A DNA stretch of 64,000 nucleotides from Cirrosporium novae-zelandiae (Eukaryota), in the NCBI GenBank assembly GCA_026023565.1, contig JAPETS010000007.1, positions 186,001 to 250,000 of the forward strand, in the 5' to 3' direction. Below the pieces are notes generated by a model. That model ran no database searches. It worked only from the letters and a program-made list of their open reading frames with translations, and was not told the DNA's origin. Both the position numbers and the translations under genes were made by a program. Below are positions 25,932-39,242 of this stretch, piece by piece. How positions within the stretch are numbered: position 1 is the stretch's first letter; each line of letters starts with the position of its first letter.

Positions 25932-28646
25932 TCACATCATCTGGTCTTGGGTCATTCCTCCGGCTACTTCCTGGCCTTCCATTACTTCACTTCCACCAGA
26001 AGTAATGTATTTAACGTAACTCAGCCCGAGAGGACGACCGCCGTATTGATAACCGGTAAACTTGGCTACTGAAAGTTAGTAAATTGTACTTGTAAATAAT
26101 AACACATCTCAAGAAACAAACCAATTGCAGTTTCTGCATTTTCAGGACTATCAAATTCGACCACGCCGGTTCCCTTGGAACGACCATTAGGCTCGTATTG
26201 AATTTCGGCACGTTGGACTTTGCCAATAGTAGTGAATAGTTCGTCTAAGTCTTCGTTGCTAGTTGACCACGGCAGCTGGAACCCTGTTAGTGATGAAGTT
26301 GCAGTAGTGCAATTTAGATACTCACGTTTCGGACGTAGATGATAGCGGAACGTTCACCACCAGATGTAGCAAAGTCGGTGAAGGGGTTTGGTGGGACTGA
26401 AGCAGCGGCAGCCTCGAAGCCGCCTGTTGATGATGCACCGCCTCCATATCCGCCTCCATACCCACCACGGAACCCGCCTCCAAACCCTCCACGACCCCCG
26501 AAGCCACCGCGACCTCCATATCCGCCTCTTCCAAAGCCACCTCCAAAGCCGCCACCACGTGCTCCATAACCCGCCCCTCCGTACGTAGGCCCTGCGAAAC
26601 GATCTTCCCGGACTTCGAGAGCACGCCCTTGCCAATCATATCCATTGAATTGTTGAATGGCGTTACGGGCATCATCGGGACTCTCGAAAGCGACTATTCC
26701 AGTTCCTTTAGGGCGACCATCAGGTCCAACATGAACATCGGCACGAATAACAGCACCTTGCTGAGCTACGCTTGTTGTTAGTAACAGTAACAATAGAAAG
26801 GTCTCAACAAGCGGCCGGCTGTGACTCTGAAACCGGAATCTTACCAGCACCGCGAAACAAATCCTTGAGGTCCTGCCAGCCAACAGTAAATGGAAGCTAG
26901 TTTTTCGGAACTGTTAATTGCATGATCACAGAATAGCGACAATAGAAAAGGGAACAAACGTTTGAGACGTAGATCTGTCGACCACCGCCTCCTGGAGCGC
27001 CACCTCCAAATCCACCGCCACCGTAACCTCCACGGCTCACGGCACCTTCGTAGCCTCCACGAACTGGGGCTCCGGTAAATCGGGGTTCTGCCTCACGGTC
27101 CTAAATTACAGGAACATTAGCATGATTATCACTTCCAGTACAAAGAACAGAGGAAATTGAAAGTCGGAATACTAACCTCACGAACGTAGACGAGTCTTCC
27201 CATTAAGTTTTGGTTACTGAGGGTATTGACAGCGTGCTGTGCTTGCTCCCTGGTGGCGTATTCCACTATCCTGGAGGTCAAAATCAGTAAATGGTTAGAA
27301 ATCATCGAATAAGAAGTAATTTACCCGCATCCCTACATAGCCATAGGACCAAGCCCAACCCGTCAATCCAACATCCATCAAAAACTCAAACAAAAACCAG
27401 AAAGACCAGCCACATCACTTATTGGCGCCCACCTTCGACATTCCATTCGGAAGTAACAATACATCGGCAAAAAGCACATCCCCCGCTAGTGCAAAGAGAC
27501 ATTAGTATTGGAAATTAAAAGTGGATGAAATATGACGCAAATAAGCTCACCTTGCCTCATGAAATCTTTGAGATGATGCCATTTGACGTCGTATGACAGA
27601 TTACCAACATAGACCCGGCGGTCTTGTTGAGAAGATTCTCGTAGTGACTGCATCATTTGTTCTTTTGCAGCAGCACGTTCTTCGAAAGATCTAGCAGGAG
27701 GAGGGGCTCCACGGTACCCAGAACCCGAATATCCTCCGGATGCACCTGCAGCGCCACTCATGGGTGTTCTAGATCTGCGGTCGGAACGACGATAGTCGTC
27801 ACGGCTTCGCGAGCGACTTCGTGGAGAGTATGAACGACGGCTACGGCGAGGGCTGCGAGAACGACGACGAGAACGAGACCTCTCGCGCTTTACATCGTTA
27901 GTACCGTATCTCCTGAAGGGAAGTTCTCTGATTGGATGTAAGGGAAAGATATTCATGTTTAAAATCAGGTTATAGTGAAGATTCAAAATTCGGATAGAGT
28001 GTCGAATGCTTGATAAATAAGTGATAATCTCGCTTCGAGGTTCAAGCGATCACTCGAAGTATCAAAAGGGAAACAATGATAAAAAGAACCTTAAAGTCTT
28101 GAAATCCTGAAGACTCGGAGTGAGGGAAACTGCAGGTGATAAGTCTGTTGCTAGATCAACACACTGAGAACGATGTAGTCTCGTAAGGTGTATACTTCGG
28201 CTTAAGCCGCATCGCGGCTACCCCATTCACTCAAAGACCTTTAAGAGAGATTAAGCTCTCAAAGACCCTGAATAGTGGCCCACATAGCAGCTTCACACTT
28301 TCACTCGAAGACTTCAAGACCTCAAGACCTCAAGCTGTCGAAAACGCTAAACAAACGGAAAAGGTTAGGAGAATCGAAGCACTCACCTCTCGAGGGCGAT
28401 AGACGTCAGCTGTATCTGGTGTAATCGAGGTCAGCGACTTGTTAAAATAGAGAAGGAGATTTACTCGTCAGAGTTGAGCTATGTGGATGGATAAGTGAAT
28501 AAAGAAAGATTTTGAATGAGGTTGCAAGGTGCAAGTCAAGAGCTGCCGGCTACAGACAATGATGCATGCGGATGCGGCTACTTTGGTAGGTTCATTGGGC
28601 TGAGAGAAGGTTGTGAGGGGAAAGAAAAGCAGATTAACCAACCCAT
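25932..28646 (-). CDS. GBP2: SR-like 3-RRM mRNA-binding protein, Gbp2/Hrb1 (Aspergillus SnxA) orthologue, 11 exons
   Basis: Inferred exon 1 ATGG (28646-28643, donor GTTGGT), 23-nt exon 28409-28387, RS-rich exon 27887-27551, exon 27485-27433, 8-nt microexon 27332-27325, then six more exons to TGA at 25932. RRMs [54 protein letters not shown] with RGG linkers. Confidence 0.9.
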
Positions 28647-29108
28647 GATAATAGATTCGCGATCAAAGGAGCAGCTAGATCGAAGGCTGCACGACAGCAC
28701 AGTGTGGACTACGAAGTGCGAAGTGTGTGCAGGGATTCGTCCTTATTCCTAATCGAACCCCAAGCGTGATCGGTATGATTCAAGTATGATTCAGTTATTG
28801 TGTGCCAATAATGCCCAGCGCTATGCCAGTATCAATGTATCGAGGTATACGGATCGAACTGCGCAACCGAACGACGGGGAACCTATGATGTCTACCAGTT
28901 AGATCTGTGCAATGCGACGGCCGGTCAATGTATTAATGGATTAATAGAAAAGAGCCTTTGGTTTTTACAGCACAGCAATCAGACGAAGAGCTTTGGAATA
29001 CTTCGGGCCGTTCTTTGGGGGCAGTTGGGGGGCAGGGAAGCGCCGACAATGAAGCTACCTACGGTTTGCCTTATTGCCTTGCGAGGATGCTGGTACAAGT
29101 GGAGAATT

Positions 29109-29122
29109 GGGGGGGGGGGGGG
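29109..29122. repeat. Poly-G tract upstream of GBP2
   Basis: Homopolymer run read directly; a poly-C run of similar size lies at 23036-23048. Confidence 0.9.
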
Positions 29123-32100
29123 ATCAAGGTATCAGGGGGGGAGAAGGAGCCAAATGGATTGATACCACTTGTTGATTTTTTTTACACTTGAAGAGCAGCT
29201 TGATCGCCATGTAAGCTGAGAGAACCGAAGAAGACCCCTTATTCTTGGGCAACCTGGTCAACCGCAGTATTGACTGCCCTGCACGAGTAGTCACGGTGAC
29301 GGGCCGCAAAGTATCGAGGAACCACGACTCACGACTTGACAATGGAACCAGCCCCTCTTGTCCCGCTCTGTCCCCTCGACCAGCTGTGTGGCGCTCTGTC
29401 CGAAGCCTGAACGAAAAGGATTATGCCCACCTAGTGTGTCCAATCACGTTTTCTTTGTCCGTCGACAACAAGTTCGCGCCGGAGGAGATTTTCAGCAGAT
29501 GCGCTGCGAGATGGCTGATTAGGGAAAATGGCAGAGAGGTTGCACGAAGTTGGAATGGGTTTTTCCAGCAAAGTCAAGCAAGACTAAGAGTCAGATCCCC
29601 CACGGCTAAATTTGCTCGAGTAATTGATCTGGAGACTTCGGCGGATACGGAAGGATAGGGAAAGGTCGTTGACTTTGACAGTAGTTGATGGTGTCGAGAG
29701 AGAGTCGTGTTTCGCTTGAACCTTTGGGGAGAGCAGGGAAAAAAGACGAGGTGGGAAGTTACGCTACGATACCTACGCTAAGCCACTCTAGCCGTCCAGT
29801 TTCTTGCAAGCAATTCGACTTTTGTAGCACAACTTGGAGAAACAATTGGTACATCGGCCTACCGTAGTTTCCCCACCCACAGTTCCCTTCTTTTATCAAC
29901 AATTGCTTGGATTTAACTGTCCTTGTACCGCCGAGAGTATTAGATTACTACTAATATTACTATATATTACCCATCTTGTTACTTCTACCTCTTTAATCCC
30001 CATAATTTATTTCCTCTTCGAATCTGTTGAAATGATTCATTATTATTCTAATCATTATATGCCCATCAGTCTAGAGAAAGTCTTTTACCGCTTTTATGCC
30101 TTGTCTTTGAATGCTTCATTGGAAGCCTTAAAGTGAAGAGAATTGCTCTGTACTAGACAATTACCTGACAGGGTTGATGGAACTAATCACTAGCCAGGGT
30201 AGCTATCCTTGATCGTCCACCGCTATATTGTTCCTTCTTTCATGCAAAATGCAATGTACAATATTTTGCAGCAGATTTAAAGTTTCCTTTCACGGCTTGT
30301 TTGTACACCTTGCTTGCAGCTTCCGTGGTCCACGGCTATATCGCATGTCTTGCATGCCTCAAAACGAGACATGTGCTAGAGGGAGATAAATGAAGCACCG
30401 GAGCTGGAAGTGCGAGGTTACTGTGGATGGACTATCGCTGAATTGTCTATTTGACAGGACCAATTATGAAACACTACTAACCATTAATCATGACAGTCGA
30501 TTTGTGGCCGTTTCTACTACTTCTGGCATTGCGGTCCATTCCTTCGGGACCTTTAGATTATGGAATCCCGTGCTAGGTTTTCATGAATTGATATGAAATG
30601 ATATGATGTAGCTTAGCTGGCCCCACGACTCCCTTATACGGTTTTTAAATGGCATTTCTACGTTTTTTCTCGTCGGGAGAAAAAGCCTGAATATAGGCAC
30701 CCCTGGTCCTTAAGTCTATGAGACATTTTTATGGACATGGTGTACAAGTGGAGGGTAGTACAAGTGGGACAAGAAGGCTTGATGGGCTGTGATTATCTAT
30801 ATGGCCGACTTCCGCGGTTGTTAGTGCGGATGGCTCTTCTCTGCCTTCTTACTAGGCACCTTAGTAGTAGGTATTGCACTCCCATGCATTCATTGTATAT
30901 GCAGAGTACCCCGTACTTATTACAGGTTTTTGGCGCTTTATCCCTCCATCCGGCTCGCATGCCTCTGACACAGGCACCGATTGAGGCCGATGAGCGCCGC
31001 TGGGCTACTCAAAGCACAGTAATCGATAGCGACCAGTTAATGATCCTTGATCAATAACGTATGGACTGCAAGTCATCGTCTCTTACTTTGCAACACACTG
31101 AGCACTCGAGGATCAAGGCGACTTGGATCGATCAGATTGATAACATGCTAATCAATAAAGTTGCGGCGTTACGTATCGGGCAGAGGGCAGGGTTGGTGAG
31201 CCCAAGGAATTCTGGGGATGATGAATGGACGATAAGCCTGGTCTGATTGACTGTCAAAGAACCCCGTTGCCCAGCATTAGAAACAACCCCGTTTCGAGTC
31301 ATGCATATTACATGGGATGAATAATACGGTGTAGAGCTAACTTCAAAGTACCGTGAAATGAGGGTGCAAATAAGCTATACCACTTAACGATCTCGAACAG
31401 CATTTGTTGGCTTTAAAGCTTTAGTATCAAACGGCTGCTTTAGCAAATGTGAGTTGGAAGAGCAACAGCTCAGCATCGAACGATTGCCGTTATGGAACAG
31501 CTTTCATCGTATTTTCCCCTACTAGTAAGCCACGATATCTATGAGCCTCAGACCAAGAAAATCTCTGCTTACTTTATAGGGTCTTCAGAGGAATCGATGT
31601 TCCTAAGACAGTTTCTTCGTAGATCGAGTGTACAACTATTTATTATGGTGGTGTACGAGTAGCATGCTACTAATTAAACAAACTTCAACTAGGTAAGGTA
31701 CTTTATTTAGTACCTATCTACCCTTGGCCTAATATTATCTGAATTTAGAATGGCTTAGCGGCTGCGGCATATTAAATCATTCAGTGATAATGATAACTGG
31801 TTATTCAAATTGTTCAGTCTAATTCAAGTCTTGTATTTCAGGTGATCGACACCAATTCAGTATATAGTATAGAGAAATACTTAGACGTCATATGGTTAGG
31901 GTTTCCTAGAAAAGTCAAGCTCTACGGTTCATATCAACCAGTGACGCTCCAAGAAAATAAGATGCCCTAGAATGCCGAGAAGTCATCAGACCCTAGTCTT
32001 GCCAGAAACTGTGTGTAAGTACACAGTAGATACAGGCCTTAGAATCCGGTATCACTGGCCTTGTGATATATACGGAAGGTTGCAAGCAGCAAGATTGCAG

Positions 32101-35100
32101 ATCCCCGCAAGTGGATGCCGATGTCTTAAATAGATTCTCTTATATTTTTATGGTCTGTCTATTTATACTTCTTTACACAAATTCTAGAATGAGGCCAGAG
32201 TGACTATTGGTATCAAAAATATCAATTATACCCAGATCACCATCTTCCCTGTCGGCGCCTACCTCGTGATTGATATAATGTGAAGCTACGTACGTGCTCC
32301 AATACTTCTGACAAAAGATAAATTTCGGATATTGGTTACCCAAGGAACAACCAAAAACTTATGGAGGCGTGTGGAATATTTGTGATTAGAATCGTTTGTG
32401 TATAAAGACGGATGATATTCTACTAATCGACGATACCATACGTGCTTACAGACTCAACTCAGCAGCGATAAGACCTTTGCCAGGAAAAGCAAACGGCCAT
32501 TTAAATTTAGGAAGCTGATTGAAATACTACGAGCAGAAAATCTGAAATGACGACGTGACAATTTGTTCTAAGACTTAGGAGGCCTAAGGAAATGCAATGC
32601 TTGACCATTGGTATTTTGCTTTCATCGCAGTTCCGGAGAAAATCCCATTACTATTCATTTGATTAGAATGGCCTTAAAGGTAAGTTAATACAAGGTGTTA
32701 GGACCTAGACTCTAAGGACTCGGAGTCTATCATCCTAGATTTCTATAGAAGCTATAAGGTCTAGGGGATTTAGTAATGCTGACTACGCGTTCCAGGTAAA
32801 TAGCATCCTATGAATCAATCTAAGTTGTTGTAATGGGTACCCTAATCATTCAATAAATTCTGGTACTTTTTATATCCTGTTCCTGTTTAATTATTTTTCT
32901 GGTTATTTTCCTATCCATCCCCCCTTTCGTTCTATATTCTAGGATCTCTACCTACAACATTCCTAGCATTTTATATATCTGATGATAACTTTGATGTCAT
33001 GTAGGTATCGATATGTTTTCATGGTTATATTGGTTTCGCATCTTTTATAACCCAATGAAGAATTCTAACCTGTGATAATGAGCAACCTGGGTAGTGGACG
33101 GCTCCAAAAACTCTGTAACATCACTCTCTCTTCAGTTTCGACGCCCCCCGCCTCGAGCCAGTTAATGTCAAGACAACATATAGTCCAGGCTTCCTCGAGT
33201 GTTACGATTACCACGTCAGGATACTCGGATAGACTTTATCTCACTGAACTGCCCCATTTCAATCAGCAACTGGGAACTACCTCCATCACTCCTGCCAAAT
33301 CTACCGTGACAAGAAGATCTCCGGTTTTTAAATACCTTAACAATCCACATCTTCTTTGGGTGCTGCTGCAAACTTGAATAAATTACGAACCTCATCTCCC
33401 TTATCTACACGCAATTTACCTGTACTCCATATTTGCCTACTTCACGAATTGACTGGAGGACATGGGAGCTTGATTTAAAAATATAAACCATTTTATTTGA
33501 TATAAGTCAGCCAGAAAAGAGCGTCGGGATAGAAATATTCTACAGCTTATGTTTTTACCTGTCGGACCTAGTGGTTGGGGTTCTCTGCCAGATGGCTGGT
33601 GACCGACCTGGTTACCAACTTCGTGGTGTAGTGGAAGTGGCTCGATTAATATGTGCCTTTGCCTTTCGAGGTTCATTAATTCTCCTCCGTAAGGTTAGTC
33701 CCAGAGTATTAAGTCGTCTCTCGACAGACTATGACAATGCTCGAGAAAGGTCAAATAAAGCTCAGTAGTCAAACAGAAGACTTGTTAGGTATATTATACG
33801 ATACATTTAACGGAGGGTTAAACTAGAGCAATGAATTTGAACGGAAGCGCCCTGGGAATATGAGCTCTCGCTTTGTTGAGTCCTAGAAATTTTGCCTATA
33901 GACGAAAGTTATCCTAGTCCACGTCGTGATGTAGAGTCATGACAGCTAAGAACGTGGAGTACTCTGAGTATATTTACCACGACCGACATTACACTTTTCC
34001 GGCACGCCGGTTAGTTATAAGACATGCAAAGCTGATGCCACCTTGCGTATAGGGACTAACAATCATATTGTTATATCACCAACCAGTGGAATATTTATCT
34101 TACTTTATTTGGACCAGGTCAAGCAACATGACTAATCTCTAGTCATCTGAAATCCTATATCGGTTTAAAATGCTATCCCCAGTATGGTAGAAACGCCTTA
34201 AAGTTTCAGCAAACACTTAAGTGAAAAGAGATATTTTGGGAAAATATTATCAGAGCCCCTGCCTGCAATGACCAAATATCGAGCTAATACGAAGTTGCTC
34301 CAAATATAATTCCTCAAAGTGTTGAATTGTTCAGGTTAAATAGGTATGGATATCTAAGATCGGGCATAGACTGGAAATATGCCACGCGTCAAATGCGTCC
34401 TAGGAGCCGGTCGAGCTCAAATACACTTAACATAAGTATATTGCGCCCCAAAACAATATGCAATATAAGTTGCTAGTTCTCGGTAGAAGAGTTACCAGCA
34501 AAGAAAAACAAGGCGGTAAAACGGTGACTGCATAAAATCCAAGCGAACGCAGCCAGGGAGCCCAAAGGCTAGATTTAAGACTCTAATCTTCAGTATGCTT
34601 CTATATGGCTAAAAGACATTTAGTGGAATTCCCGGGGAGCTCCTATGGGGGGATTATGAAAATGTTTCCGGTTCAAACAAGGCCATGATTGTTTCTCATA
34701 ATATCTATATATTCCCTGATGGCGGTGGTTATTCCCTTTTAGCAGCCGTGTCGACGATAAGTTTATTTATCGTAGGTATCACGAAGTTAGATATGCTATG
34801 ACCTCATGTAAATGTTGGGTATTAGTGAAACCTCATGGGCAATCCTTCGCTTCCTATATTAATAATATGGAGGGAATGATGGAACAATGTTTTACGGATT
34901 GTTGAGGCTGAAAATGCTGTGGAAGATTGTATAAGCAAATGGTTGTAATAAATATATATTATTGACCACGGCACTGGTAACCTCATCTAACCTATGTCTG
35001 ACTGAACCTTTGTAGGAAATTTGAATTGCATCAGGGGATAAATTCTGAATGTGAGAAAGGTGTTGCCTAGGATAAGGTATGATAGGTCAACGTTGATAAA

Positions 35101-36779
35101 CTGTTTAATCAGATTTGAACACAGAGAAGTTCATGAACAATGCGGGTAGCGCTTATTAAAAGGTGAGACGCAGCCTGGGACTTGGATTGATCAAGAGTCG
35201 GATTGTACTGGATAAAGCAAAGCTGGTCATGCACGAAGTGCTCCACAGCAAACCCAGAAGTGTCTCACAGATATTCTAGAAGAAGAAAAAGATTTAGCAT
35301 TAAGGAGAAAGGAATTTCATATTTTTGTACATTATAAGCGAGCCTGGTGTGGTGGCAAATGAGAAAAGAAAGTAAGAATGAGGACCACGGAGTAATCATA
35401 GCGGGCCATTCTATTATTTATTACTATGTATTATTATTATTGTTATCTATTATTACTACTATTATGGCGTATTTTCGTGTACTGAAAGTCCCGTTGTCCC
35501 TTGCATGTACGCAGGTACCAACAAACCTCACTAATCATCGTCTTTTCTGATATTTTTAAGTCGATAGGCTAAAAACCTACCTAGGTAACTATAACCCGTG
35601 TCCGCGTCGTGTCAAGTTCAATTTAGTTTCAAGGTGTAACATGGCATTATTATTTAATCTAGGTACCTATGTGCTTAGGTAGTTAAATACTCCATGTACT
35701 TTGGAGCATGTGTTTCAGCTGTACTTAACTACCCTTTTTTTTGAATTGATCAACGTTTACTACGAGTCACTACCAGTCTAAGACAAGCTTTGCTGAGTCG
35801 AAGTGATTTGCAAAGCTGGTGAGACAGCCACCATCACATCAGCAAAACCTTGATAAAGAGAAGAGTTGAAAGGATGAGATAGATCATCACAGTAATGTTG
35901 GAAATAGAATGCAATTTCTCACCGGAAGAGTCACGAGATCAATTGAAATTTGTAAATTGCTCTCTCTATTTAACCCATAATTTATTAGATATATCATATA
36001 TATTATTTTGTAATTTCTCAACTTTTCTTTTCCTTCTAGAAGAATGGAGATGGAGGATTAGTTTATTGATTGTAGACTATCCATTGAAAGTCTCCCCCCC
36101 CCTGAGGATTTGCTAAACTAAAATAGGGACAGCTTAGACTTGCTACGACCAACACGTATTCTATGTTAATTCACACCATCCGAACCATCTCGATATTATT
36201 ATTTCCCCTAAACTTTGCTAACTACCAGACACACGCCCAGAGTTCCTCTGCTTTTAAAGTTAGCAAAAAGTTATTTATTCACTTGTGTATTTTCCCTGCT
36301 GTCTGAGAATAGAAAAACCTCCTCCTGAGAGACATCTCTCTTCTCAGAGCTTGGAGGTTGCAAATTTACTAGCATCCCTCATCCCCTCGTAAAACCCGCT
36401 CGTTGGCATTACCTACCTAGGTACCCTACCTACCTACCACCTCCAATCCTTTCTCGGCAGCTTCCCGAACGGCTTGACGGATTTCCCGAACAACCTCTCC
36501 CAGACCCCACGGGTATTCACTCATTTCACTCGTTCCATTGTCTCATCATCTCATCGTTTCATCCTTCTATCCTTCAATAGCTATCAACATCAAAAAAATA
36601 CCCTACTAGAATTTTCATCACTCATTGGCGTTCTAATATATAATATTTGCCTTTCTTGGCTCACCCTATTAGGTGGGTAGTCGGCGTGAATCCGATCTAC
36701 GCGCTTGCACAATGTGGCGTCCCCCCAATTTCTGTCCCCTTTGATCCAGCCACGGTCGACTGAAAAAGCCTTTACTAGA

Positions 36780-39209
36780 ATGGCTTCCTACAGAGACCCT
36801 TTAACTTCACCCGTGGACTACGGTTATGCTCCTGCATCCACATCTAACTCTGGTTATGCGCCCTACTACGACTCGAGAGACACTTCTCCCCCACAAACCC
36901 CCCGTGCTCGACCGCACCGTGTCGCAAGAAGTAGAGGCTCCAAAAAATCTCTACACGTTCGTCCATCCTTGCGCGAAACCTTTCTCGATGACATGACACC
37001 AATTGACAATTTGCGGGAAGACGAATCTTTTGAGCATCATGGCAAAAGAGACTCCCATGATTTACTTTTCTCGGAAGGCCATGTCACCCGTGATTCAGTA
37101 GTGAGCAACATGTTGCTTTCCTTGGACCAGTTCTCTACTATGCCTTCTCCCATATATTCCAACTATGAAGAGGAGGATGAGGACAATGAGCCATATGTGT
37201 CAAAATATCCATCTTCGAATTCTGGACGGACGAGAGCTCATACCCAAACATCATCCTATTCCTCCGAATATAACATCAGACCAGAACATACCTCAGCTCG
37301 ACACTCAAACCAATTCTCTCATGTTCGACGAAATGCTAGCACTTCCAATTTTCAAAATTGCCTACCCAAGATAGACAGCCTCTTCGCCGACGAATCAGAT
37401 ACTGCTCGTGGCCAAGTATACGAGGCCCAGAGGGCCACTGTTCCAAATGAGCATACTGGGATAGGACATACACGAGGTAGGCGAAATACGGGCAAAAGCA
37501 GTGGTTCATCAAGTATGGATTTTTCCCAGATGGTAGGCGCTTCAAGATATGGATATCCAATTGGGCGACGCTCCGCGAGCTTTGATCACAGTTACACGAG
37601 CCAAGGAATCGTCAATGCACCACAGCTTCAGACTATGAATCTTCAATGGTCTTACACGCAGAACTTTGGATCTCAATATGACTACTCAGAAGCTGCACCA
37701 ACACCGACAATACCAGCAGGCCCACGAAGACCCCCTTCGCCCCCAACAGTGACTCCTATCAAGATCCCTCCCATTCCTACAACACCTTCGCTGGGCCGTA
37801 AGAGAAGTACTCGATCATCGAAAAGTACCCATAATCGAAAAGATAGGTCCGAAACGCTAAGAACCACAAGTATCAAAAGCAAAGGCGACGACTTTCAACG
37901 AATTCAAGACAGCTTGCGAGAAATGCCACCCCTTCCTTATATCAATCCATCTGCCCCAAGTCCCATTGTATCACTCCATAAGCAAGCATCGGAAGCCCAG
38001 GCTCCCCCCAAAGAGAGGCAGGGCTTTTTCAAGCGCGTTTTTAGTTCTGCTAAGAACAATGTATCTCATAACATTCCACAGATACCACCAAGTGACCCCT
38101 CACACAAAAATTCTGACAAAGGCCGACATTTAAGTCATGGAAAGCTTTCGAAGCAGGTACATAGGGATTCGTCTATGCCGCCACCCCTCGTACCGCAAAA
38201 AGAAAACATACCAACAATAAGTAAAAAACCATCATCGTTCTTTCGTCGGCGGAAGAAATCAGTCACAGAATCCCACACAACGCCTATGTTATCTCCATTA
38301 TTAGCTAATCTGGGGACCGGAAACACTCACCTTCGTACGGCAGAGCCGAGCCCTGCAAGCAGTCTCCGCAAGGTCATGGATCCCTATCTTACTGAGACTA
38401 TTCGAATGGTCTCTAGTAACCATGAGCTTGATGTAAAACCTGAGGATGGGGTGGACCGAGTTTATGAAAACCACCCCTCTAATGAATTTCCTAATCGTGG
38501 TGATACATCTCACAGTGTTCCTCAACAAGCTACAAGAAAAGGAAGCACCAATTCCGAGGCTGAGCAGCAGCTACCCCCCAAACCACACTCATCACAAGCG
38601 GATTATAGGACTATGAGACAGTTGAACTTACCAGATTATGGAAATGAAGAGACCTTCCTGGTTGATAGTAGTGGAGGTGAAGGAGCGAGTGTGAAGTCCA
38701 ATAACGATGGATCTCATGGACCTTTGCGACCCAAGACCAGCCCGGCTAAGCCCACGTTCAGTCAAGAAAGTTCTGTTAGTATTCCTAGGGAGCGAACGTC
38801 ATCTCGACAATCTACGTACCATGATGAAAGTCTTTTGACCACAAATGGAAGGGGTCAGACCTCGACACCTATCCCCGGCGATAGCAACGGCACTCTTACC
38901 CAAGGTATCTCGCCTAATTTGTCCACAGCTAGCATAGAGGATGGTTGGTTATCAGTAGTGCCTTCTAGCAAGCCAAAAGATGACTCGTCCGGCGTGGGTC
39001 TGACCGATAAGTCGGATTGGTTTGAACCTGAAGCGTCCACCGATCACCTAAGTTCCAATAGCACGGCAAACCTTTCTTGTGAAGGAACCAAAGATTCACC
39101 AAAGTCCCCTCAAGATGCACGTTCGATAATCAGCGATTACAAGTCAGCATCAAGTGTTCCAATAGTACAAATCGATGGAAAAGACCAAAATGATGAACAG
39201 CCTTCAACC

Positions 39210-39242
<33 letters not shown>

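Noticed and set aside
28752..28862. GGTTCGATT / GTTCGATCC B-box-like strings
   Set aside because: No T-stem, acceptor stem or cloverleaf; not tRNAs.
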